50,825 nt of DNA from Hyphomonas sp. (GTDB lineage Bacteria; Pseudomonadota; Alphaproteobacteria; Caulobacterales; Hyphomonadaceae). The stretch is taken from contig NZ_JBBEBT010000368.1 of assembly GCF_040882205.1 (NCBI RefSeq), positions 1-50,825 on the forward strand. The letters are read 5' to 3'. This document shows positions 19,438-28,210 of this stretch, piece after piece (within the stretch, counting starts at the first letter, position 1; every line of letters starts with the position of its first letter). The notes below the pieces were generated by a model. That model was not told the DNA's origin. It was given only the letters and a program-made list of their open reading frames with translations, and did no database searches. The position numbers and the translations under genes are program-made.

Positions 19438-19842
19438 CTGTCATCCGCCAAATCCCGGGTTGAGCCCCCCAAGAACGTCTCGCTCGCCGACATCAAGGTG
19501 TTGGCTGAAGCCCTCTCGAAAGTCCTCGAAGACGACAAGGCCGAAGACCTCGCCTTCATCGAGCTTCAGGGTAAATCCTCCCTCGCTGATTTCATGATCA
19601 TCGCGTCGGGCCGTTCCGGACGCCACGTCTCGGCGCTCGCGGAACATGTAGCCCAGGAGGCGAAACGCCTGACCGGCCGCCCGGCCAGCATCGAGGGCAT
19701 GGCAAATGCAGACTGGGTGCTGATCGATACTGGCGACGTGATTGTCCACCTCTTCCGCCCGGAAGTGCGCGAATTCTACAATCTCGAGAAAATATGGATG
19801 TCGGACAGCCCGGCCCACCGGACGGCGCGCGCGTCCTCCTGA
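19438..19842 (+). CDS. rsfS: Ribosome silencing factor RsfS
   Basis: DDKAEDL..ADFMIIASGRSGRHV..WVLIDTGDVIVHLFRPEVREFYNLEKIW. Start placed at CTG 19438, behind AAGGAG; alternative GTG 19498. Confidence 0.93.
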   Translation: MSSAKSRVEPPKNVSLADIKVLAEALSKVLEDDKAEDLAFIELQGKSSLADFMIIASGRSGRHVSALAEHVAQEAKRLTGRPASIEGMANADWVLIDTGDVIVHLFRPEVREFYNLEKIWMSDSPAHRTARASS

Positions 19843-19845
19843 TCC

Positions 19846-20310
19846 ATGCGGCTGCAGATTGTCGGAGTGGGGCGCCTGAAGGACGGCCCCGAACGCAGCC
19901 TGACGGATGATTATCTTGGCCGCAGCCTGCCGCTCGCCCGCCAGCTTGGTTTCCGCGGTCCCGAAGAACACGAAATTGCCGGTGGCGGCGGCCTTGAGGC
20001 CGAAGGCGCCCGCCTGATTGCCCGCATGCCCGAAGGCGCGAAGTGCCTCCGCCTCGACGAAGCGGGCGAAAACCTCACCTCCACCGAACTCGCCCGCCGC
20101 CTCGCGATCTGGCGCGACGAAGGCCTGCGCGACACAGTCTTCTTCATTGGCGGCGCTGAAGGCTTCGCGCCGGATGTCCGCCGCCTTGTGCCCAGATCGC
20201 TGGCCTTCGGCGCGCAGACCTGGCCGCACCGGCTGGTGCGCGCGATGCTGGCCGAGCAGGTCTACCGCGCCCTGACGATCCTGGCAGGCACGCCGTACCA
20301 CAAGGCTTGA
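19846..20310 (+). CDS. rlmH: 23S rRNA m3Psi1915 methyltransferase RlmH
   Basis: LDEAGENLTS, FFIGGAEG, TWPHRLVRAMLAEQVYRA, GTPYHK; rsfS-rlmH pairing. Confidence 0.96.
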   Translation: MRLQIVGVGRLKDGPERSLTDDYLGRSLPLARQLGFRGPEEHEIAGGGGLEAEGARLIARMPEGAKCLRLDEAGENLTSTELARRLAIWRDEGLRDTVFFIGGAEGFAPDVRRLVPRSLAFGAQTWPHRLVRAMLAEQVYRALTILAGTPYHKA

Positions 20311-20523
20311 CGGGGGCGGAGCGGGCCCCGGCGACCGGGGGGAGTAAGACCGGTGCCCCCTGGAGGCTCCGGCGGCACATGCCCGCAGGCCCGCCGCTAT
20401 CACCCTCATGCCTGTGCTGTGCAACCGGGCGAAACCGGATCACTCCGCGTGCAAATTCCGCTGCTGGTTGCCGGGCAGGGGGCGTGCACCTTAAGGAGTA
20501 TGTCAAAGCGGGAGACGGCATCG

Positions 20524-21822
20524 ATGAAGGGCGGGGGTATGTGGCGCATTTACGGGCCGGTGATCGCGGTCGCCGTGACCGGGTTCCTGGTCGCCCTGTT
20601 CCTGATGGAGCCGGCGCCGCCGAAGACCATCCGCTTTGGCGCCGGGGCCCCGGGCGGCGCTTATCATGCCTATGCCGAGCGCTATCAGCGCCTGCTGGCG
20701 CAACAGGGCGTGGACGTCGAGCTGATCGACACGGCCGGCTCGATCGACAATCTCCGCCTGCTGGAAGACGACTTCATTGATGTCGCGCTGGTGCAGGGCG
20801 GCCTGACCGGTGTGACCGAAGAAAAGGTGCTCCGCTCCCTCGGCGGGCTGTTCGAGGAGCCGTTCTGGGTCTTCGTGCGCAGCAACGCTGCCGCCGACGA
20901 TTTCGGTGACCTGAAATCCCTGCGGTTCTCCATCGGCCCGGAAGGCTCCGGCACCCGCGCGCTAGCCCATGAATTGCAGACCGCCTATGGCGGCAACTGG
21001 CCCAACGGCGCCCGTCTGGGGATGTCTACCCGCGACGCCGAAGCTGCGCTCCGCGCCGGCGAAATCGACGCGGCTGCCTTCGCGGCGTCTCCGGACGCCG
21101 CTTATATTCAGGACCTGCTGCGCGCCGGAGATATCCGCCTGCTTCCCTTTGCCCGCGCCGAGGCGATTGCCCGGCGGGAAGAGGGGCTCGCCGCCGTCAT
21201 TCTGCTGCGCGGCGTTGCCGATATCGGCGCCGACATTCCGGAACGCGACGTTGCGCTCGTCGCCGCCGTCTCCCAGCTGGTGGTGCGCAATGATGTCCAC
21301 CCCGCGATCGAGGCCGTCCTGCTGGACGCCGCGCTGGCCATCCATTCGGAGAAAAGCCTGTTCTCGCCCGCCGGCCGGTTTCCGAATGCCGGCAATACCG
21401 ACCTGCCGGTCAGCAAGCAGACCACACGGTTCTACCGCGATGGCCCGTCCTTCCTCAGGCGGTACTTTCCGTTCAGCGTGGCCAACTTCCTCGACCGCAC
21501 CTGGGTCCTCGCGATTCCGCTGCTGACGCTGGCTTTCCCGCTCGTGCGCGCGGCGCCGCCGATCTACCGCTGGCGCGTGCGTCGCCGGATCTATGTCTGG
21601 TACAAGGACCTGCGCGCCCTTGAGGAAGAAGGCCGTGCAACCCCGCAGGGCGAGCCGCGCACCTCGGTAATCAGCCGCCTGGAGCGCCTGCAGGCCGACA
21701 TCGGCAAGCTGGAAGTGCCGCTATTCTACAATGATGATCTTTACCGTCTGCGCAGTCATGTCGAGTTCGTGAAGCAACTGCTCAGCGCGGCGCCGGGCAC
21801 CGCGCCGGCTGCTATCGCCTAG
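20524..21822 (+). CDS. TAXI-family TRAP solute-binding protein with C-terminal membrane anchor
   Basis: GAPGGAY, TAGSIDNL, VALVQGG, SIGPEGSGT, GPSFLRRYFPF followed by a TM helix; start uncertain (20500/20524/20539). Confidence 0.82.
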   Translation: MKGGGMWRIYGPVIAVAVTGFLVALFLMEPAPPKTIRFGAGAPGGAYHAYAERYQRLLAQQGVDVELIDTAGSIDNLRLLEDDFIDVALVQGGLTGVTEEKVLRSLGGLFEEPFWVFVRSNAAADDFGDLKSLRFSIGPEGSGTRALAHELQTAYGGNWPNGARLGMSTRDAEAALRAGEIDAAAFAASPDAAYIQDLLRAGDIRLLPFARAEAIARREEGLAAVILLRGVADIGADIPERDVALVAAVSQLVVRNDVHPAIEAVLLDAALAIHSEKSLFSPAGRFPNAGNTDLPVSKQTTRFYRDGPSFLRRYFPFSVANFLDRTWVLAIPLLTLAFPLVRAAPPIYRWRVRRRIYVWYKDLRALEEEGRATPQGEPRTSVISRLERLQADIGKLEVPLFYNDDLYRLRSHVEFVKQLLSAAPGTAPAAIA

Positions 21823-22574
21823 ATCAGCCCGGCGGCCTTAGCCTCGGTGGCATAGGTGCGCGAGACCGGGGCTTCCTTGCCCGAAGGCAGCACCAGCGAG
21901 ACCTTGCCGCCCTGCCGCTTCACATCGCGCACCGCTGCCTTCGCCACCCACCAGGACCGGTGCACCTGCAGCCCCCCGCCGCCTTCCAGCTCGCGAATGG
22001 CATCTGCAAGGCGCATCAGGATCAGCTCCTCGCCCAGGCTCGTGTGCACGCGCAGGTAATGGTCCTCCGAAGAGACCGCATGCAGTTCCGCCTGCCGGAA
22101 CTTGAGGGGCAAGCGCGACAGGAATGTCTCGACGGGCCCGGCGCCCTCCAGCGCATCAACTGGCGCAGGCGCGAGGATAGACTTGTCCGCCATATAGCCA
22201 ACGGCTGTCATCCCGGCTGAGATGACCCAGACGAGCCCGAAGATCCTGGGCGCGTACGCGAGTGACATTTCGCGGCGCATCAAGACGGTTTCGACTGCGA
22301 ATACGGCGCAGGTGACGACCAGCGCGGCAGCAACGGAAAGCAGCATGAGGTTAACCGGCACAGGCAGGTCCGGAAATGCCTGTTCAAGCCAACGCCCAGC
22401 GAACTCTGCCGAGAGGCTGCCCAGCAAGATCAGCGCAAACCAGTAGAGGAACACGGCCCAGGCCGGAAACCCGGGCGTCGCGTTGAAGGGGCCGACTATC
22501 GACAGAAACAGCGCGGCGCCCGCGTAGACGCCTGCCTCCCTCAAGCGGGTTAGTCTGTCCTTTGGCGGGTTCAT
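21819..22574 (-). CDS. Membrane-anchored LytTR-domain transcriptional regulator
   Basis: Four TM helices, then AVSSEDHYLRVHT..LMRLADAIREL..GLQVHRSWWVA..VSRTY (LytTR). Confidence 0.9.
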   Translation of the reverse strand: MNPPKDRLTRLREAGVYAGAALFLSIVGPFNATPGFPAWAVFLYWFALILLGSLSAEFAGRWLEQAFPDLPVPVNLMLLSVAAALVVTCAVFAVETVLMRREMSLAYAPRIFGLVWVISAGMTAVGYMADKSILAPAPVDALEGAGPVETFLSRLPLKFRQAELHAVSSEDHYLRVHTSLGEELILMRLADAIRELEGGGGLQVHRSWWVAKAAVRDVKRQGGKVSLVLPSGKEAPVSRTYATEAKAAGLI

Positions 22575-22599
22575 GCCGGATCCGGGCCTCGCTTCGCGC

Positions 22600-22630
22600 T
22601 TCGCGAACGGTATTGGCGGTATTTCGCGAA
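22600..22630. promoter_or_regulatory. Candidate LytTR operator: two TTCGCGAA palindromes
   Basis: TTCGCGAA at 22600-22607 and 22623-22630 (23-bp period), between the divergent LytTR and DUF2306 genes. Confidence 0.55.
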
Positions 22631-22747
22631 GGATTCCACCCCGGACACGTAGTTGCGGTGGCGGGGGCGGGAAGCGGCAGCGATGTTGATCAGGCCGGAC
22701 GAGACACCGTCCAGAAACTGTCCATAAATCCTCTGGAGTCCAAACCA

Positions 22748-23305
22748 ATGACCGACCTCGCCGCCCCCCGCTCCGCCTCTCCGTTTTCGTTCCGCCACCT
22801 TCAGGCGCGGCATGGCAACAAGCTGCTCGTGGCCGCCGCCATCACCGGATACGCCTTCCTGTCACAGGCCATGCTGGCCGGGCAGGGCACCGGCGCGGTA
22901 AAGCTTCGGATCGATCTTTCCCCGCTGCTCGAAGTTTCGCCCATCCTTCAGGCGCACATTGCCGGAGCGCTGCTCTCCTTCGCCATCGGCACCGCGCTTC
23001 TGCTCGGGGTCAAGGGCCGCTTGCACCACCGGGTCCTCGGCTACACCTGGGTCGTCACCATGAGTGTGACGGCGATCAGCTCTTTCTTCCTCACCGGCCT
23101 CAACGGTGACAGCTACAGCCTGATCCATCTCCTCTCGGGCTGGACCGTCATTGTGCTGCCCATGGCGCTCGTCGCCGCGCGCCGCCGGGACATCGCCAAA
23201 CACCGCAAGGAAATGACCAGTATGTTTTTCGGCGGCATGCTGATCGCGGGCCTGTTCAGCTTCCTGCCTGGCCGCCTGATGTGGCACCTCCTCTTCACGG
23301 CCTGA
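22748..23305 (+). CDS. DUF2306-like membrane protein
   Basis: AHIAGAL, KGRLHHRVLGYTWV, SLIHLLS, IAKHRKEM, FSFLPGRLM; GGAG RBS. Confidence 0.85.
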   Translation: MTDLAAPRSASPFSFRHLQARHGNKLLVAAAITGYAFLSQAMLAGQGTGAVKLRIDLSPLLEVSPILQAHIAGALLSFAIGTALLLGVKGRLHHRVLGYTWVVTMSVTAISSFFLTGLNGDSYSLIHLLSGWTVIVLPMALVAARRRDIAKHRKEMTSMFFGGMLIAGLFSFLPGRLMWHLLFTA

Positions 23306-23392
23306 TCTAGGGCGGTCGATTGACGCCTTACGGCTGTCGCAGAACACCGCTAGGAGTCTCCTCAGGGCCTGTCCGGCGCTGAGGAGGCAATC

Positions 23393-24562
23393 ATGAAAAA
23401 ACTCACATCACTCGCAATCCTGTTTGTGCTGGCGGCCTGCCAGTCTCCCGCCGAATTGCCGATGATCGGCGATGTCTTTGCGCCGAAAAGCGCCGATGAC
23501 GCGCTGGAGTCTTATTACCGCACACTGCCCGACGACTTTTACCCGCGCGCGCCGGCCGGCGCGGCGCTGCCGGATGCCTCGAGCGCTCTGATACGCATCC
23601 TCGTCGCGTCCTGCCTCGATGAAGAGAAACCGGACAGCGCTGCCATGCGCTCCCTTGCCGGCGAGACGGCTGACCTCTTCCTGATGATCGGCGACAATGT
23701 CTACGGCGACCGCGACGGCCCCGCCTATGTCAACAACCAGCCGGAACTGGACGAGCTGCGCGCCAGCTTCCGCGATCTCGCGGCGCGCGAGGATTTCAAG
23801 GCGGTGCGCGCGAAGTTCCCGATGATGGTGGCGTGGGACGACCATGATTTCGGTGCCAACGATGCCGGCCGCGAATTCCCGTTCCGCCGCCTCGCCGAGC
23901 GTATCCACGAACGTTTCTGGGGCCTCGAGAACGAGGATGTCGGCGCCTGGCCCGGTACCTACTACGCCCGCACTTTCGGCCCTGAAGGCCAGCGCACGCA
24001 GGTCATCGTGCTCGACACGCGCTTCTTCCGCTCCGCCCTGACGCCGACGGACGCCTGGAACCAGAAAGGCAAGGAACGCTATATCCCCTCCGCCGATCCG
24101 GAACAGGACATGCTGGGTAACGACCAGTGGACCTGGCTGGAAAACCGGCTGCAGGACCCCGCTGACCTGCGCCTGATCGTGTCCTCCATCCAGGTCCTCG
24201 CCACCGACAGCCATGGCTACGAGGCCTGGTCACGCCTGCCACTGGAACAGCAGCGCCTCTACCGCCTCGTGCGCGAAACCGAAGCCAAGGGCGTCGTCTT
24301 CGTCTCCGGCGACCGCCACACCGCCTTCCTCTACAAGGACGATACCGCGCTGCCTTACCCGGTCAGCGAGATCACGGCTTCCTCGATCAACGTCTCCTTC
24401 GCCGCGACCACGACCGAGGTGGACCGCGCGCAGGTGGGGGAGGGCTACCCGCCCGAAAATTACGGCGCTATCGACATCGACTGGGCAGGCGGCACGGTCA
24501 GCTTCGGCATCCAGTCGAATACCGGCGAGACGGTGCGCGAGATGACGGCAAAGTTCCGCTGA
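23393..24562 (+). CDS. Alkaline phosphatase D (PhoD) family lipoprotein
   Basis: ASC, GDNVYGD, WDDHDFG.ND, LDTRFFR, MLGNDQWTWLE, SGDRH; LAAC lipobox; GAGGAGG RBS. Confidence 0.9.
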   Translation: MKKLTSLAILFVLAACQSPAELPMIGDVFAPKSADDALESYYRTLPDDFYPRAPAGAALPDASSALIRILVASCLDEEKPDSAAMRSLAGETADLFLMIGDNVYGDRDGPAYVNNQPELDELRASFRDLAAREDFKAVRAKFPMMVAWDDHDFGANDAGREFPFRRLAERIHERFWGLENEDVGAWPGTYYARTFGPEGQRTQVIVLDTRFFRSALTPTDAWNQKGKERYIPSADPEQDMLGNDQWTWLENRLQDPADLRLIVSSIQVLATDSHGYEAWSRLPLEQQRLYRLVRETEAKGVVFVSGDRHTAFLYKDDTALPYPVSEITASSINVSFAATTTEVDRAQVGEGYPPENYGAIDIDWAGGTVSFGIQSNTGETVREMTAKFR

Positions 24563-24574
24563 ACCGCAACGCGA

Positions 24575-25816
24575 ATGTCGGGCTACAGAAATGTGATCAC
24601 GCTGATCCTCGCGATCTGCCTCATGCAGGCGGCGGCGAGTTTTCTTGGCGTCATCACGCCGGTCGGGCTGACTGAACTCAAGGCCGGTGAAACGCTTACC
24701 GGGCTGATCGGCGCGCTCTATTCTGCGGGTTTCATGGCCGGCGCCTGGGCCGGACCCGCCTTGCTTGGCCGTTACAGCACCATCCGGCTCTATGCCGCCG
24801 CCGCCGCGATCACGGCTGTCTTCGCGCTGGTGATGGGCATGGTGCCCGGTATCGCCGCCTGGGGCGCCGCGCGCGTGATGCAGGGCATCGGCTTCGGCCT
24901 TCTGTTCGCGAGCGCTGAAAGCTGGCTGGGACAGGCCGTCCCGAAAGACCGGCGCGGCGACATGATGGGTTTCTACTACTTCCTCTCCCGGATAGCCGGA
25001 TTGCTGGCCCCTTTCCTCGCCTTCGGACTTTCGGCGCTCGATCCGCGCGGCCTCAGCTGGGTGTCGATCCTGCTCTGCCTGTCGCTCGTCACGATGTGCC
25101 TGACACGGCAGGCAGAACCTTCGCCGCCGGGGCGAGAGGTGATGCGTCCGCTGGATCTGTTCCGGCTCGCACCCTCGGCTGTGACCGGGTCTTTCCTCGC
25201 CGGCCTGCTCAACACAGGTACGCTGGCTCTGCTGCCGACCTGGACGAGCACATTCGCAATTGGCGGGGGCGGAACCGGTGCGGCCGCCTTGGCTGCAGCG
25301 GCGGCGGCGGCCGGCGCGCTTCTGGTCCAATGGCCGGCCGGGCGGATATCCGACCGGATGGAGCGGCGCCTCGTGGTGGCCGGCCTGTCGCTGTTCTCCG
25401 GCGCGGCAGCGCTGGCGCTGGCGGCCGGAGGCACGCGTTTCAGCGAACCTGTTGTTCTGGCCTTGCTGTGCCTCTGGGGCGCGGGCGCGTTCTCGTTCTA
25501 TGGCGTCTGCGCGGCCCACGCGATTGACCGCGCCGGACCCGGCCGAATTCCGCAGGTGATGAGCGGCATCCTGTTCGTCTGGGCGGCGGGCTCAGTGGCC
25601 GGGCCCATACTGTCAGGCGTGGCGATGAGCCTCAGCGGGCCGCAGGCCCTGTTCGGCCTTGCGGCTTCCGGCCTGTTCCTGCTGGCCGGGATCATGCTGG
25701 TCCGCAGCCGCGTCCGCGCGCCCCCCGCGACCGTCGCGCCCGAGGCCTTTATGCCCGCCGAAGCCACGTCGGTCGCCGTGCCCGCGCCTGACCCGCGGGC
25801 GGGCGACGCGAATTGA
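24575..25816 (+). CDS. MFS transporter (YcaD-like)
   Basis: About 12 TM helices; ESWL..RRG and QWPAGRISDRMERR motifs. Confidence 0.88.
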   Translation: MSGYRNVITLILAICLMQAAASFLGVITPVGLTELKAGETLTGLIGALYSAGFMAGAWAGPALLGRYSTIRLYAAAAAITAVFALVMGMVPGIAAWGAARVMQGIGFGLLFASAESWLGQAVPKDRRGDMMGFYYFLSRIAGLLAPFLAFGLSALDPRGLSWVSILLCLSLVTMCLTRQAEPSPPGREVMRPLDLFRLAPSAVTGSFLAGLLNTGTLALLPTWTSTFAIGGGGTGAAALAAAAAAAGALLVQWPAGRISDRMERRLVVAGLSLFSGAAALALAAGGTRFSEPVVLALLCLWGAGAFSFYGVCAAHAIDRAGPGRIPQVMSGILFVWAAGSVAGPILSGVAMSLSGPQALFGLAASGLFLLAGIMLVRSRVRAPPATVAPEAFMPAEATSVAVPAPDPRAGDAN

Positions 25817-25963
25817 CGGCGGGGCAAATCGTGACCTCTGGGTCCAAACCCTAGTACTCAGGCGATTGCTACAGGCGATTCTGCTGGTATACAGCGGCGC
25901 GAACCACAAGGGGGAGAGGCGGGCGAGAGGCGCCCCGTCCTGCCCCCGAACAGGGAAAACTCC

Positions 25964-27157
25964 ATGAACATTCACGAATACCAGGCCAAGGCGCTGCTGA
26001 AATCCTTCGGTGCGCCGGTGGCTGAAGGTGTGCCAGTCCTGTCGCTGGCAGACGTGCAGAAGGCCGTTGATTCGCTGCCCGGCCCGCTCTGGGTCGTCAA
26101 AAGCCAGATCCACGCAGGTGGCCGCGGCAAGGGCAAGTTCATCGAGAAGGAGGCCGGCGAGAAGGGCGGCGTCCGCCTCGCCTTCTCAAAGGAAGACGTG
26201 AAGAAGCATGCCGAAGCGATGCTTGGGCGTCACCTCGTGACCGCGCAGACCTCTGCCGCCGGCAAGCAGGTGAACCGGCTCTATGTCGAAGACGGCGCCG
26301 ACATTGAAAAAGAACTCTACCTGTCGATCCTCGTGGACCGGTCCACCTCAAACGTGGCCTTCGTCGTCTCCACCGAAGGCGGCATGGATATCGAGGCGGT
26401 CGCGCATGACACGCCGGAAAAAATCCTCACCGTGCAGATCGACCCGCTGGTCGGCGTGACGCCGGCGGATGCCCAGAAGCTCAACGCCGCGCTGCACCTC
26501 ACCGGCACCGCCGCCGCAGACGGCCTCAAACTCTTCCCGATCCTCTACAAGGCCTTCACCGAGAAGGACATGGCGATGCTGGAGGTGAACCCCCTCATCG
26601 TGATGAAGGACGGCCACCTGCGCGTGCTCGACGCGAAAGTCTCGTTTGACGGCAACGCGCTGTTTCGCCACCCCGATGTTGCGGCCCTGAAGGATGAAAC
26701 CGAACAGGACGCCAAGGAACTCGAAGCCGCCGAATGGGACCTTGCCTATATTGCGCTCGACGGCACGATCGGCTGCATGGTCAACGGCGCCGGCCTCGCG
26801 ATGGCGACCATGGACATTATCAAGCTCCATGGTGAAGAGCCGGCAAACTTCTGCGACGTCGGCGGCGGCGCCGGCAAGGAGAAGGTGGCAGCCGCCTTCA
26901 AGATCATCATGAAGGACCCGAACGTGAAGGGCATCCTCGTGAACATCTTCGGCGGCATCATGAAATGCGATGTCATCGCCGAAGGCGTGATCGCAGCCGT
27001 GAAAGAAACGAACCTTTCCGTTCCGCTGGTCGTGCGCCTTGAAGGCACGAACGTCGAACTCGGCAAGAAGATCATCCGCGAAAGCGGTCTCAACGTCATT
27101 TCCGCAGACGATCTCGATGATGCGGCCCAGAAAATTGTCAAAGCGGTGCGGGGTTAA
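25964..27157 (+). CDS. sucC: Succinyl-CoA ligase beta subunit
   Basis: [46 protein letters not shown]. Confidence 0.98.
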   Translation: MNIHEYQAKALLKSFGAPVAEGVPVLSLADVQKAVDSLPGPLWVVKSQIHAGGRGKGKFIEKEAGEKGGVRLAFSKEDVKKHAEAMLGRHLVTAQTSAAGKQVNRLYVEDGADIEKELYLSILVDRSTSNVAFVVSTEGGMDIEAVAHDTPEKILTVQIDPLVGVTPADAQKLNAALHLTGTAAADGLKLFPILYKAFTEKDMAMLEVNPLIVMKDGHLRVLDAKVSFDGNALFRHPDVAALKDETEQDAKELEAAEWDLAYIALDGTIGCMVNGAGLAMATMDIIKLHGEEPANFCDVGGGAGKEKVAAAFKIIMKDPNVKGILVNIFGGIMKCDVIAEGVIAAVKETNLSVPLVVRLEGTNVELGKKIIRESGLNVISADDLDDAAQKIVKAVRG

Positions 27158-27162
27158 GCGTC

Positions 27163-28065
27163 ATGTCCATTCTGATCGACAAGAACACGAAAGTCCTGAC
27201 GCAAGGCATGACCGGCAATACCGGCTCGTTCCATACCAGCCAGGCGCTTGAATATTACGGCACGCAGATGGTCGGCGGCATCCACCCCAGGAAGGGCGGC
27301 GAGATGTGGACGGCAGCGAACGGCAAGGAATTGCCGATCTTCGCCTCCGTCGCGGAAGGCAAGGCCAAAACCGGCGCAACGGCTTCGGTGGTCTACGTCC
27401 CGCCTGCGGGCGCCGCCGCCGCCATCGAGGAAGCCATTGACGCGGAAATCCCGCTGATCGTTTGCATCACCGAAGGTGTCCCGGTCATGGACATGGTCCG
27501 CGTCAAGGCGAAGCTCGCGAAATCCAAGTCGCGCCTGATCGGTCCAAACTGCCCCGGCATCATCACGGCGAACGAATGCAAGATCGGCATCATGCCGGGC
27601 TCCATCTTCAAGAAGGGCTCGGTCGGCATCGTCTCGCGCTCCGGCACGCTGACTTATGAAGCGGTGTTCCAGACCACCAATGCCGGCCTCGGCCAGACCA
27701 CCGCTGTCGGCATCGGCGGCGACCCGGTCAAAGGCACCGAGTTCATCGACCTGCTCGAGATGTTTCTGGCCGATGACGAGACCAAGTCGATCATCATGAT
27801 CGGCGAAATCGGCGGCTCGGCCGAAGAGGAGGCCGCGCAGTTCCTCATCGACGAAGCCAGGCGCGGCCGCAGGAAACCGATGGCCGGCTTCATCGCGGGC
27901 CGCACTGCTCCGAAGGGCCGCACGATGGGCCATGCCGGCGCGATTGTCTCTGGCGGGAAGGGCGATGCGGAATCCAAGATTGCGGCAATGGAAGCTGCGG
28001 GAATCCGTGTAAGCCCAAGCCCGGCGCGTCTTGGTACGACGCTGGTCGAAGTGTTAAAGGGTTAG
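27163..28065 (+). CDS. sucD: Succinyl-CoA ligase alpha subunit
   Basis: [29 protein letters not shown]. Confidence 0.98.
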   Translation: MSILIDKNTKVLTQGMTGNTGSFHTSQALEYYGTQMVGGIHPRKGGEMWTAANGKELPIFASVAEGKAKTGATASVVYVPPAGAAAAIEEAIDAEIPLIVCITEGVPVMDMVRVKAKLAKSKSRLIGPNCPGIITANECKIGIMPGSIFKKGSVGIVSRSGTLTYEAVFQTTNAGLGQTTAVGIGGDPVKGTEFIDLLEMFLADDETKSIIMIGEIGGSAEEEAAQFLIDEARRGRRKPMAGFIAGRTAPKGRTMGHAGAIVSGGKGDAESKIAAMEAAGIRVSPSPARLGTTLVEVLKG

Positions 28066-28210
28066 AAGACCCTCTGGTTTAGCCTGCAGCTGTGATTGCC
28101 TGAAGGCGGCGCGGTTTGCAGGCGGGGCTCTGCAGCCCGTGACCTGCAGGCGGCATCATCCGCCCCCATATGCTTGCCGGGGGCGGCAGCTCTGGAAGGA
28201 TGATTTTTCA

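Noticed and set aside
20415-20460. c-di-GMP-I riboswitch-like GCAA-CCGG-GCGAAA-CCGG..GCAAA upstream of the TAXI gene
   Set aside because: The GACGCAAA junction and downstream stem are not in the required spacing
23330-23355. Pho box upstream of phoD
   Set aside because: Only one CTGTCGC half-site; no second repeat at 11-bp spacing
28066-28210. Hairpins between sucD and sucA as an ncRNA
   Set aside because: Short GC stems are adequately explained as mRNA processing/stability elements or chance in high-GC DNA
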